This document shows, piece by piece, positions 19,042-28,810 of a stretch of DNA of 64,000 nucleotides. This stretch comes from Desulfobacterales bacterium (GTDB lineage: Bacteria > Desulfobacterota > Desulfobacteria > Desulfobacterales > JASJAZ01), in the NCBI GenBank assembly GCA_030066785.1, contig JASJAZ010000072.1, forward strand, positions 1,066 through 65,065, given 5' to 3'. Every line of letters begins with the position of its first letter. Position 1 is the first letter of the stretch. Under the pieces are notes generated by a model. The model was not told where the DNA came from and did not search any database. It saw only the letters and a list, made by a program, of their open reading frames with translations. Both the position numbers and the translations under genes were made by a program.

Positions 19042-20451
19042 ATGTCGAAAATACTTGTTGTCGATGAGGATTCAAAAGCTGTTGGATCTCTAATCAATCT
19101 GCTAAAATCTGAAGATGATTTTCAGGTCAGTGCCGTCTTAAGCCGAGATCAAGCTTTGAATCGTTTGGCAGATGAATTTTTTCACGTTGTCATAACAGAT
19201 GACAATTCAAATGTGGATTTTGGCAAGAGCATTATTGAGCAGGTTGTCGAACAGTATGCTCAAACCCAATGTATTATATATGCCAGCCAAGGTTCGATCA
19301 CTGGAGCCGTGCAGGCAATGAAAAAAGGTGCCTGTGATTATCTTAACCACCCCTCAGACCCATCCATTATATTATCGACTGTGAAGGCCGCGGTGGCCAA
19401 AGCATCGCTCGACACGCCCAAACGACGCCGGACTGATTCGGCACCGGGAGTGCGTTTTGGAGAATTAGTGGGCGAGAGTCCCAAAATTTTAAAAGTTTTT
19501 AACGCCATTGATAAGGTTGCTAAAACGGACAGTACCGTACTGATTACCGGTGAGAGTGGCACCGGTAAAGAATTGATTGCCCGTGCTATTCATTACAACA
19601 GTGCACGTTGCAATAAACCGATGGTGGTTATTAACTGTGGTGCTATACCCGGTGAACTACTCGAAAGCGAATTGTTCGGACATGAAAAAGGCGCTTTCAC
19701 AGGGGCCCATCGAACCCGTGTGGGGCGATTTGAAATGGCCGATACCGGCACCATATTTTTAGATGAAATTGGTGATATGAGTCCTGATCTGCAGGTTAAA
19801 CTGCTAAGGGTCTTACAGGAACAAAGTTTTGAGCGTGTCGGCAGTACAAAAACCATTCGGGTTAATATTCGCGTCTTGGCAGCGACCAATAAAGATTTAA
19901 TCAGTTCCATTAATGACGGAACTTTTCGCGAGGATTTATATTACCGACTAAACGTTATCCCCGTAACGGTACCGCCTTTAAGGGAACGCAAATCCGACAT
20001 CCCCCTTCTTGTTAATTTTTTTCTAAAAAGACTCGGAGGACGTCGACGGCAAGACCGTCGGCGGATGAAAACCCTGTCGGAAGATGCAGTAAAAATGTTG
20101 ATGGAATATGATTGGCCCGGCAATATCCGCGAACTCGAGAATATGATCGAACGGCTCTCGGTTCTGGTCGAAGAGTCGGTTATTCAGGCCGATGATCTTC
20201 CCGAACGCATTCGGGGTAGAACCACCAAAATGCGTCCAACGGCTCTGGAATCACTCGAAGATGGCATTGATTTCAACGGTGCGGTTGAGCATTATCAAAA
20301 AAGCCTGATTCTAGAGGCGCTAAATCAGACTGATTGGGTCAAAGCAAAAGCGGCTGATCTCTTAAAGATGAATCGCACAACCTTGGTCGAAAAAATAAAA
20401 AAAATGAACCTCGAAGCCGTGCGAGTCTCCAACAAACAAGATTCATTATAA
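19042..20451 (+). CDS. sigma54-dependent transcriptional activator, FlrA/FleQ-like, atypical receiver
   Basis: [39 protein letters not shown], Fis-type HTH ending RTTLVEKIKK. Confidence 0.9.
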   Translation: MSKILVVDEDSKAVGSLINLLKSEDDFQVSAVLSRDQALNRLADEFFHVVITDDNSNVDFGKSIIEQVVEQYAQTQCIIYASQGSITGAVQAMKKGACDYLNHPSDPSIILSTVKAAVAKASLDTPKRRRTDSAPGVRFGELVGESPKILKVFNAIDKVAKTDSTVLITGESGTGKELIARAIHYNSARCNKPMVVINCGAIPGELLESELFGHEKGAFTGAHRTRVGRFEMADTGTIFLDEIGDMSPDLQVKLLRVLQEQSFERVGSTKTIRVNIRVLAATNKDLISSINDGTFREDLYYRLNVIPVTVPPLRERKSDIPLLVNFFLKRLGGRRRQDRRRMKTLSEDAVKMLMEYDWPGNIRELENMIERLSVLVEESVIQADDLPERIRGRTTKMRPTALESLEDGIDFNGAVEHYQKSLILEALNQTDWVKAKAADLLKMNRTTLVEKIKKMNLEAVRVSNKQDSL

Positions 20452-20470
20452 AAATTGGCGTGTTTTATGC

Positions 20471-20484
20471 GTCAATTTTTTGAC
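20471..20484. promoter_or_regulatory. GTCA-N6-TGAC box, candidate enhancer for the sigma54 promoter at 20701
   Basis: GTCAatttttTGAC, 230 nt upstream of the -24 element. Confidence 0.55.
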
Positions 20485-20700
20485 TTTTTTTTACTTTGCC
20501 TTCCTTACGTAGATCCCCCATTTCATCAGGCCTAACATTTCACGTTTCGCAATCAAGCTGTGACCTACATTTTCAACGCAGTTGATTATTCTTAACTATT
20601 TAAAAATCCAAACAAAATTCAAATGATTAACTGTCGCTTAAATGATTACCTGTTTTGACCTGATGGCGGGGGGGCTTGTTGCCTGACCTGTTGTCAGCAC

Positions 20701-20716
20701 TGGCACGCTGTTTGCT
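20701..20716 (+). promoter_or_regulatory. sigma54 promoter for the TPR gene / activator operon
   Basis: TGGCAC-gctgt-TTGCT, consensus -24/-12. Confidence 0.85.
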
Positions 20717-20741
20717 CTGTAAGCAGCCGGAAGGGAGCGTG

Positions 20742-20801
20742 ATGAAGATTAGAAATATAATTAAGTTTCACGATCTATTAGACCCGAATATAAAAATATG
20801 A
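20742..20801 (+). CDS. putative 19-aa leader ORF overlapping the TPR start (ATGA)
   Basis: AAGGGAG RBS then MKIRNIIKFHDLLDPNIKI*; its TGA overlaps ATG 20798. Confidence 0.35.
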   Translation: MKIRNIIKFHDLLDPNIKI

Positions 20802-23335
20802 ACGGCATTCGAACTATCGACATAGTCCCTCAAATTGCGCAACATCAAAAGTCGAAACTTGTTTGTTACCAATCAGGACGGCGTGGCAGTAATCGTTGGT
20901 CTTGGCGTATCCATTTGATGACGTTGCTGGTCCTAACAGTAGTATTGATTCCGTCATTACAGGCAAAGAATTTAAATATTGTCAAGCGGGTTACACTCGA
21001 CCAAAGCGCTGGCATCATTCAAGTCTACTTATCACACAAACCAACGGCCAAAACGATCCAACTTGACCGCAATGAATTTATCATTGCCTTTAAAGACTGT
21101 CGGTTGGCCAATCCGATGGCGGCTGCATCGCAATTACCGCCGACTGTGTCCAAACTTGAGATTCTACAGCTACCCCGTAATGTAGTCGGCTTGCTTTTAA
21201 CCACACACAATAAAGGTTCCCTATCGAAGGCCTCATGGGATGATGTAAAACGGCGTTTGTTAATCGGTGTCGATGCCCCTGCCCAACTAGCCCATACACC
21301 AGATTCGTTGGTTGCCGCGACACCGATATCATCGCTGGATGTGAAGAAGCTTAGAGGGCGAATTTCCACCTTATTAGGCCAGCCTAATTTTACAGAATTG
21401 CCAAAGCCGCTAGATGCCTTCGATCGGTTTTTGGATAGTGTGCAAAATACTACTTGCAGTCGCGCTCCCAAATTGAAAAAGGCCATTGTTTTAAATCAGA
21501 AGGAACAGTGGAAAGCAGCATATCAATTAACGGACCGTTTTATCAGTAAAAAAGCATCTGATCCATGCTTGGAAGCAGCTGCATTTTTAAAAGCCTTTAG
21601 CGCATTTAAAATGCATGGTGACCATGATGTCGAAAGTGGCTTACTGCAAACCATTGATATGTTTAAGACCGCATTGAGTTATTATCCGCAGTCAGTCTAT
21701 ACGCCACATGCATCCGTCGTTTTAGGCAAGATGTCAAAACAACTTAACAACATTGCCGAAGCCCGCGGTTATTTCAAAGTAGTATTAACGCGCTACCCAA
21801 AGTATGAAGGGTTGCCGGAAGTAATGGTTGAGCTTGGTAAAACTTATCTGGCCCGCAATAAGTATAAACAGGCAATTACGCTATTTGAGCGCTTGTTAAG
21901 GGATTTCCCCAACAGCGATTATGCTGCCGAAGCAAAGATACTCTTGGGGCAGGCCCTTTATCAAACAAATCGGTTTGCGGAAGCATTGCAAATATATGAA
22001 AAACTGCTGGAAACGGATCCGGAAAGGATATTAGTAGCACCCGAATTATTGATAGCGATGGGCAATATTTACTACCAAAGTCAAGACTATACCTCAGCCC
22101 GCGAACTGCTGTCATTTGCTTATAATTATTTTCCGGATCTGGAAGATCGTCACCTCGTTTTAACCCGCTTGGGAGATATTCATGGACATCTCAACCAATC
22201 GGAGAAAGCCATTTCAATTTATAAACTGATGATAGAAAAATATCCGGGTACAGACGGTTTTATCATCAGCTCAATGCGATTAGCGGACTATGCAGATAAA
22301 CCCTCTGAGAAAGAAGCGATGTACCAGATGATTCTTTCTGACCATCCCGAGCATTCCATGGCAGATCTAGCCATGGTTAAATTGGCACGGATATGGAACC
22401 AATCCGGTCAATATGCCAAGACGATTGAGGCCGTGCGTAAGTATTTCAGCAAGAGGCGCGGACAACTCCGGGAGGAAGCCATATTCGAATTGCAAAAATC
22501 ATATCTCGCACTCTTTACGCGTTGGCAGTCTGAAGGGCTTTTTGATAAAATTCTGATGCGGTATGAAAAGGATAAATCGCTTTTAAAGCGCTTTGATAAA
22601 CCTGAGCTTTTTATCATTATCGGCGATGCGTATCTAAAAGGACATTTATACTATCGCGCCGCCCAAACTTTGCAAAAAGCGCAAGAAACCATGGCGGACC
22701 AGGCCCAGCCACCGGATTTTGGGTTTAAATTGGGTGTTGCTTGGCAGGAAGCCGGTCAAAATGATTTAGCATTTGAAGCCCTGAGTCAATACATTGAAAA
22801 ATACCCCAATGGCAAGCACCTCAAAGAGGCGCATTACCGTATTGGGCGTATATATTTGAGTAGATCGGAATATCAAAAAGCAGCACGTCATTTCAGCGCG
22901 AAATCATCGTCCCAATCAAAATCATCTCTGGATGCGATTTGCCTGATTGGGTTGGCAGAGAGCTACATCGGCCTGAAACGTTTGCCGGATGCTAAGCATA
23001 ATCTCAATCGAGCGATCAAGCTACTAGCGCAGCAGCCCCACCGCCAGCAGACAGAAATGGGTTATGCTTACCGTTTACTCGGTGATGTTTGTTCCCAACT
23101 TGAATTGCATGACAAAGCTGCCCAAGCTTATGCGAGTGTGTTGAAATTTGGAAACGATGATATCAATGCGGATATCAAACTATTGCTGGCCGATGCCTAT
23201 CGCAATGCCCAAGCGTTTGATGAGGCCGAACAAACTTATGCTGAAATTATTGCAATGGAAGTCCCTTTCTGGACCAACCTGGCCCGCGAAAAACTACGTG
23301 AAATGAAAATTAAAGCCAATTTAAATCAGATTTAA
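20798..23335 (+). CDS. large exported TPR-repeat protein, flagellum-associated
   Basis: Hydrophobic signal-like segment (LLVLTVVLIPSLQA), beta-rich N-domain, many TPR/YbgF-like repeats (A...LG..Y....Y..A...F..LL..YP). Confidence 0.85.
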   Translation: MNGIRTIDIVPQIAQHQKSKLVCYQSGRRGSNRWSWRIHLMTLLVLTVVLIPSLQAKNLNIVKRVTLDQSAGIIQVYLSHKPTAKTIQLDRNEFIIAFKDCRLANPMAAASQLPPTVSKLEILQLPRNVVGLLLTTHNKGSLSKASWDDVKRRLLIGVDAPAQLAHTPDSLVAATPISSLDVKKLRGRISTLLGQPNFTELPKPLDAFDRFLDSVQNTTCSRAPKLKKAIVLNQKEQWKAAYQLTDRFISKKASDPCLEAAAFLKAFSAFKMHGDHDVESGLLQTIDMFKTALSYYPQSVYTPHASVVLGKMSKQLNNIAEARGYFKVVLTRYPKYEGLPEVMVELGKTYLARNKYKQAITLFERLLRDFPNSDYAAEAKILLGQALYQTNRFAEALQIYEKLLETDPERILVAPELLIAMGNIYYQSQDYTSARELLSFAYNYFPDLEDRHLVLTRLGDIHGHLNQSEKAISIYKLMIEKYPGTDGFIISSMRLADYADKPSEKEAMYQMILSDHPEHSMADLAMVKLARIWNQSGQYAKTIEAVRKYFSKRRGQLREEAIFELQKSYLALFTRWQSEGLFDKILMRYEKDKSLLKRFDKPELFIIIGDAYLKGHLYYRAAQTLQKAQETMADQAQPPDFGFKLGVAWQEAGQNDLAFEALSQYIEKYPNGKHLKEAHYRIGRIYLSRSEYQKAARHFSAKSSSQSKSSLDAICLIGLAESYIGLKRLPDAKHNLNRAIKLLAQQPHRQQTEMGYAYRLLGDVCSQLELHDKAAQAYASVLKFGNDDINADIKLLLADAYRNAQAFDEAEQTYAEIIAMEVPFWTNLAREKLREMKIKANLNQI

Positions 23336-23367
23336 TTATATTTGAGACGATTGTTAACGAAGGCGAA

Positions 23368-24744
23368 ATGGCGCTTGATCACCAAATTTTGATTGTTGAA
23401 GTCGATCCCAAAGAAAGGGTTGCACTGCGCAAGCTTGTGGAAGAGCGTGGTTATCATGCCACCACCGCGCGTGATGGAAACGATGCGCAAAAAAAACTTT
23501 TAAATGATGAATTCCCCTTAGTCATTGCCAACTACGTTATTCCAGGCTTCAGTAGCCGGAAATTTTTGGACTGTGTCAAGTCTCACAATGAACAAACCGA
23601 AGTGATCTTTATATCCGATCATGTATCCGTTGAAAGTGCTGTAGAAGCAATGCGATTCGGTGCCATGGATTTTATATGCCGCCCGATCGATACAGACCAG
23701 TTAATTGAACTGGTTAAAAAATCGTTCACCCGCAACGGTAAATCTGTCGGGCACGGGCCCAATTCCGTCTCCGCGACCAAAATTGTTGCCCAAGACCAAT
23801 CCATGCGGCGCTTGATGGATCTTGCCAAACAGATTGCGGACAGTCGCGCATCGGTTTTAATCGAAGGCGAAAGTGGCACTGGTAAAGAACTGTTTGCGCG
23901 CTACCTCCACGAGCACAGCCAACGGTGCCAGAGTCCTTTTATTGCTGTTAACTGCGGCGCGCTGCCTGAAACACTTCTTGAAAGTGAATTGTTTGGCCAC
24001 GAAAAAGGTGCGTTTACCGGTGCCATTTCCCAAAAGCCGGGTAAATTTGAGTTGGCTGATAGGGGCACACTTTTGTTGGATGAAATCACAGAAATGCAAT
24101 TTCACCTGCAGGCCAAATTGCTGCGGGTTCTTCAGGAAAAAGAAATTGATCGCGTAGGGGGCAGACATCCGGTGTCGGTAGATGTCCGCATCATCGCCAC
24201 CACCAATCGCAACATTAGAAAAGCGATTGAAAAAGGTGAATTTCGATCGGATCTTTTTTATCGGTTAAATGTCATTCCGTTCAAGATTCCACCATTGCGT
24301 GATCGCCATGAAGATATCCCGGTTTTGGCACAATATTTTGTTGAAAAGTACAATCAAATTGACGGAAGAAATGTCAAAAGTTTGGCGACCTCAGCCTTAA
24401 ATCAGCTTTTGCAGCATCCATTCCCAGGCAATGTGCGCGAACTGGAAAACATTATCGAGCGCGCCGTTTTGCTGTGCAACGGCGAAACGATTCAACCGGA
24501 AGATTTGTTCATTGGCCATACGTTGCTGGAAACGCCGTCAGATATTTCACAAGATTTTGAATTTGAACAAAATTTAATGTCTTTTCCACTGAAAGAGGTT
24601 GAAAAGAAACTTATTTTTCACACCTTAGATAAGACCAATGGCAACCGCACCCATGCCGCCAAAATGTTAGGCATCAGTGTCAGAACACTGCGCAACAAGC
24701 TGAATGAATACAAAGAAAAAATGGATGCGCTTGAACCCGGCTAA
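23368..24744 (+). CDS. sigma54-dependent flagellar activator, FlrC/FleR-like, degenerate receiver
   Basis: [53 protein letters not shown]; directly before flgB. Confidence 0.9.
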   Translation: MALDHQILIVEVDPKERVALRKLVEERGYHATTARDGNDAQKKLLNDEFPLVIANYVIPGFSSRKFLDCVKSHNEQTEVIFISDHVSVESAVEAMRFGAMDFICRPIDTDQLIELVKKSFTRNGKSVGHGPNSVSATKIVAQDQSMRRLMDLAKQIADSRASVLIEGESGTGKELFARYLHEHSQRCQSPFIAVNCGALPETLLESELFGHEKGAFTGAISQKPGKFELADRGTLLLDEITEMQFHLQAKLLRVLQEKEIDRVGGRHPVSVDVRIIATTNRNIRKAIEKGEFRSDLFYRLNVIPFKIPPLRDRHEDIPVLAQYFVEKYNQIDGRNVKSLATSALNQLLQHPFPGNVRELENIIERAVLLCNGETIQPEDLFIGHTLLETPSDISQDFEFEQNLMSFPLKEVEKKLIFHTLDKTNGNRTHAAKMLGISVRTLRNKLNEYKEKMDALEPG

Positions 24745-24863
24745 CCTTTCGATTTCCGGTCATAAAAAAAATTTTTCTACCTTTGTTGCCTTTATCATTG
24801 CGACATAAGTTTTAGAGTATGCACAATCGCAGTCTAGCGTTCATAGCGTTTTTTGGCATGGTT

Positions 24864-24879
24864 AGGCACATTATTTGCT
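24864..24879 (+). promoter_or_regulatory. sigma54 promoter for flgB operon
   Basis: AGGCAC-attat-TTGCT, 61 nt before flgB ATG. Confidence 0.78.
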
Positions 24880-24939
24880 AACTACTTTGGGTTAAATGTT
24901 GAAGGATAAATTTCATAGCATTGTATCGAAAGGACTATT

Positions 24940-25338
24940 ATGGCCGACTCCTTAGTAACCGATTCAACACTCAATGCGCTTGAAAAGGCTTTGGATATCT
25001 CCACGCAAAGACATACTCTTATTACCAACAACATCGCCAATGTTGATACCATTGGTTACAAACCCAAAGATCTTGATTTTAAAAAAACTTTGCGCAAAGC
25101 GCTTAATAGCAATTCGATCAATTTGCATCAAACCCATCCGCAACACATCCAAGTTGGTTCCGGTGCGACCGGGCAACGCCAAGACGCGGGCACTGTCAAA
25201 GAACTGCAGCGGCGTCCGGATGTCGATAAGGAAATGGCCCATTTGATTGAAAACAACATAAAATTTCGGACAAGCGTTGAAATGCTGCTACGCAAAATGA
25301 ACATGATTCGGCATGCGATTGCGGAAGGAGGACGCTAA
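24940..25338 (+). CDS. flgB: flagellar basal-body rod protein FlgB
   Basis: LITNNIANVDTIGYKPKD, THPQH, DVDKEM. Confidence 0.93.
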   Translation: MADSLVTDSTLNALEKALDISTQRHTLITNNIANVDTIGYKPKDLDFKKTLRKALNSNSINLHQTHPQHIQVGSGATGQRQDAGTVKELQRRPDVDKEMAHLIENNIKFRTSVEMLLRKMNMIRHAIAEGGR

Positions 25339-25772
25339 TGGATTTACTCCAGGCAATGCAAGTCAGCGCCACCGGACTGAGCGCGCATAGATCCAAAATA
25401 AATGTAATCGCTGAAAACTTGGCCAACGCTGAGAGCACCCGTACCCAGGATGATGAACCGTATCGGCGCAAAATGGTAGTATTTAGTGAAAAAAGGCTAA
25501 ACGATTTTAGAAGCGTTTATGGGCGTCTGAAATCGAACCCTTCAGGCGTTCAAGTGACAGATGTCGTTCGGTCTCAAAAAGAATTTCGGCTGGTGCACAA
25601 TCCCGATCATCCCGATGCCGATCCCGAAACCGGATTTGTGTCAATGCCCAATGTAGACCTTTTGACTGAAATCGCGGACATGATGATTGCACGCCGATCT
25701 TTTGAAGCCAATGTAACAGCCCTGTCCAATACCCGCAGCATGATATTGAAGGCTTTGGAAATCGGAAAATAA
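25338..25772 (+). CDS. flgC: flagellar basal-body rod protein FlgC
   Basis: AENLANAE, PYRRK, PDHPDA, MPNV, FEAN. Confidence 0.95.
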   Translation: MDLLQAMQVSATGLSAHRSKINVIAENLANAESTRTQDDEPYRRKMVVFSEKRLNDFRSVYGRLKSNPSGVQVTDVVRSQKEFRLVHNPDHPDADPETGFVSMPNVDLLTEIADMMIARRSFEANVTALSNTRSMILKALEIGK

Positions 25773-25801
25773 TGTTAGCACGTCGATGAGAGGAAAATGC
25801 T

Positions 25802-26092
25802 TTGGATAAGATCAGTATCAACCCCAATTCAATTGTCAACAATCGTTATCTAAAACCGGATTCTGAATTAAAACCCAAGGGTTTTGGGGCTACACTTAAA
25901 CAGGCTGTGTCAAGGGTCAATCAAGCGCAGCTAACCGCCGATTCAGCCGCAAAGCAAGCTGTGCAGGGTGAACTTGGCATTCACGAGGGTATGGTTGCAC
26001 TGAGTAAGGCTGAAATTTCATTAAGGCTGTTGATACAGGTCAGAAATAAAGCCATGGAAGCGTACAACCATATCATGCGAATGCAATTCTAA
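25802..26092 (+). CDS. fliE: flagellar hook-basal body complex protein FliE
   Basis: IHEGMVA..KAEISL..QVRNKAMEAY..IMRMQF; TTG start. Confidence 0.93.
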   Translation: MDKISINPNSIVNNRYLKPDSELKPKGFGATLKQAVSRVNQAQLTADSAAKQAVQGELGIHEGMVALSKAEISLRLLIQVRNKAMEAYNHIMRMQF

Positions 26093-26207
26093 TCCATTTG
26101 ACTTGATCAGTCGGTTGGGCGGAGGCAGCCAATTAAGATCAGCAGGCTAACGTGAAAATCACATTTTTTTTACTAACCGGTTAAGTTTTGGAATGCAATA
26201 AAGAACT

Positions 26208-27791
26208 ATGAATCCAGTTGTCGAACAAACGAGCAGTATTTTGAAATCAATGCCGCTTTCACGCAAAATTGCGATGGTGGCCGTACTCGGGTTGGTGGTC
26301 ACAGGTTTTGCCCTCATGTTTTTCTGGGCCAACACGATCGACTATCAGCCGTTATACACCAATCTTTCACCTGAGGATGCGTCTGAAATCATCGCCAAAC
26401 TAAAAGAGCAACGCGTTGCCTATCAATTAGGTGGTGGCGGCACCATGATCCTGGTTCCTGCAGAAAAAGTGTATGACGTGCGTCTAAGCATGGCGGGGGC
26501 TGGCCTTCCAAGCGGCGGTGCCGTCGGCTACGAACTATTTGATGAGACCGATTTCGGTACCACCGAGTTTGTCCAAAAATTAAACTACAAGCGGGCATTG
26601 CAAGGCGAGTTGGCGCGAACCATTAAACAGTTTCGTGAAATCGTCGATGCCAAAGTCCTGGTCGTAATGCCGAAAAATTCCATATTCATCCAAGAGACCA
26701 AACCTCCTTCCGCATCAGTCTTATTAAAACTTCGATCAAGCATGGGCCAAGAAAAAGTTGATGCGATTGTTCACTTAGTGGCCAGTGCCATTGAAGATCT
26801 TTCACCGGAGCGGGTGACGGTGGTGGATACCAACGGCAAAGTATTGTCGCGAGGAAATCCGGAGGAAAAAGTTGGTTCATTGGCCAGCAGTCAATTCGAT
26901 TATAAATCTGCATATGAAAAGAACTTAGCTGCTCGTATCCAAACGATGCTGGAACAAATAGTGGGTGAAGGCAAGGCGATTGTTCGCGTGAGTGCCGATA
27001 TGAGCTTTGACCAAGTTAACATCAATGAAGAATTATATGACCCTGATAGCCAAGTTATTCGAAGTAAACAAAGCATTGTAGAGTCAGCAGACCAGCGGGC
27101 TGGTTCATCCGGCAGTGTTTCCAGCGTCAATCCCGTGGGTGCTGCTGCTAGTACAACCGCACCTCAGAACCGTTCCGATCGCAGTCAACGCCAGGATGAA
27201 ACGGTTAATTATGAAATCAACCGGACTATTCGGCAAGTTGTCAAACCAGTGGGGACCGTCCAGCGTCTCTCGGTCGCAACGGTTTTGGACGGCTCCTACG
27301 TTTTTGAAACCGATGCTAATGGCAATCAGGTTCGTAAATATGTGGCCCGCACTAAAGAAGAGTTAGCACATTTTAAAACAATCGTTCAAAATGCCATGGG
27401 CTACAGTTCTGACCGCGAGGATCAGGTATCGGTGGAATCGTTTCCCTTTGCCTACATGGATGAGATGACCATGGAAAAATCGCCGGCATTCGATTGGGTG
27501 CCGCTGGTCAAACAGTATGGCCGCACCATATTAAACGTTTTTCTGATTCTGCTGGTGTTCCTATTCGTGGTGCGACCGATGATAAAAACGGTTAAAGAGG
27601 TTAAAAGCACGGTGGTTCAATCACTCCCGGCGGGAGCGGGCCGACCGGATGAATTGCCGGAGCCACCAGCCGCGGCGGGATTACCTGAATTGGCAGATCA
27701 AGATCCCCGTCAAAAAGCGGAAAATTTGGCTAAACAGAATGTTGATAAAACATCTAATCTTATTCGCGGCTGGATCGGAGAAGCAAGCTAG
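26208..27791 (+). CDS. fliF: flagellar M-ring protein FliF
   Basis: GYELFD, FGTTEF, RALQGELART, PSASV, NYEI, RLSVA; two TM segments. Confidence 0.96.
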   Translation: MNPVVEQTSSILKSMPLSRKIAMVAVLGLVVTGFALMFFWANTIDYQPLYTNLSPEDASEIIAKLKEQRVAYQLGGGGTMILVPAEKVYDVRLSMAGAGLPSGGAVGYELFDETDFGTTEFVQKLNYKRALQGELARTIKQFREIVDAKVLVVMPKNSIFIQETKPPSASVLLKLRSSMGQEKVDAIVHLVASAIEDLSPERVTVVDTNGKVLSRGNPEEKVGSLASSQFDYKSAYEKNLAARIQTMLEQIVGEGKAIVRVSADMSFDQVNINEELYDPDSQVIRSKQSIVESADQRAGSSGSVSSVNPVGAAASTTAPQNRSDRSQRQDETVNYEINRTIRQVVKPVGTVQRLSVATVLDGSYVFETDANGNQVRKYVARTKEELAHFKTIVQNAMGYSSDREDQVSVESFPFAYMDEMTMEKSPAFDWVPLVKQYGRTILNVFLILLVFLFVVRPMIKTVKEVKSTVVQSLPAGAGRPDELPEPPAAAGLPELADQDPRQKAENLAKQNVDKTSNLIRGWIGEAS

Positions 27792-27793
27792 CA

Positions 27794-28810
27794 ATGAATA
27801 TGAAAGTAGATCCTCAAAACTTAAGCGGTGTTCAAAAGGCGGCGATCTTTTTACTTAAAATGGGCGAAGAATATGCCAGCGATATTTTACAAAAGATGAC
27901 GGATGAAGAAATTAAGAAGACAGCCACGGCTATGGCGGAAATCGATGAAATCCCGCCTGAAATGCTCAATGCAGTTATGAGTGAATTTATCGAAAATTAT
28001 GAGGACACTGACCGTTTGATAGTGCAGGGTGAGAGCTTTATAAAAAATGTCATCGATAAAAGTCTTAGCAAACAAAAAGCTGAGACAATTCATACCGAGT
28101 TGAATAGGCGCAGGCGCGACAAGCCTTTTGCTTGGTGCCAGAATGTGGATGTAAATACTCTGGCGACACAGATCAGCGGTGAGCATCCGCAAACCATTGC
28201 CATGATTTTGGCCTATTTACCACCTGATATCGCGTCAGAGATATTGATCACGCTTTCTGATGATCTGAAAGGCGACATTGCTGTACGCATTGCCCAATTA
28301 GGTCAGGTGCCCGAGGAAATTGTAGGGGCTGTGGACCGGGCGTTGCGCGAAAAGGTGGGCAAAATTGGGGGGAGTGGATCTGAGGCTGGCGGTGTGGAAA
28401 CGCTGGTGGGAATCTTGAATTCTGTCGATCGCTCAACTGAAGAAATCATTATGGAATCCATCGAAGATGAACATTCCACTATGGCTACCGAAATCCGGGA
28501 AATGATGTTTGTCTTTGAAGATCTTACCAGTATTGATGACCGCGGAATGCGTGAAATTCTTAAACGTGTCGAAAGCAATCAACTGGTGCTTGCAATGAAA
28601 ACTGCCAGTGAAGAGATGAAAGAAAAAATATTCGGTAACTTATCATCGCGTGCAGCCGAGATGCTACGTGAAGATCTGGAAGTGATGGGACCGGTTAGAC
28701 TGACTGAAGTTGAAGAAGCTCAGCAAGCCATTATCCGTGCTGCCAAGGAATTGGAAGCTGAAGGTACGATTGTTTTAGGCGGCAAAGGAAAGGAGGATAT
28801 CCTTGTCTGA
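27794..28810 (+). CDS. fliG: flagellar motor switch protein FliG
   Basis: QKAAIFL, EHPQTIAMIL, GGVE, MFVFED, SSRAA. Confidence 0.96.
   Translation: MNMKVDPQNLSGVQKAAIFLLKMGEEYASDILQKMTDEEIKKTATAMAEIDEIPPEMLNAVMSEFIENYEDTDRLIVQGESFIKNVIDKSLSKQKAETIHTELNRRRRDKPFAWCQNVDVNTLATQISGEHPQTIAMILAYLPPDIASEILITLSDDLKGDIAVRIAQLGQVPEEIVGAVDRALREKVGKIGGSGSEAGGVETLVGILNSVDRSTEEIIMESIEDEHSTMATEIREMMFVFEDLTSIDDRGMREILKRVESNQLVLAMKTASEEMKEKIFGNLSSRAAEMLREDLEVMGPVRLTEVEEAQQAIIRAAKELEAEGTIVLGGKGKEDILV

Noticed and set aside
24373-24386. GTCAaaagttTGGC box inside the FlrC-like gene as a flgB enhancer
   Set aside because: It is within coding sequence, imperfect and about 490 nt from the promoter; not supportable without conservation data.
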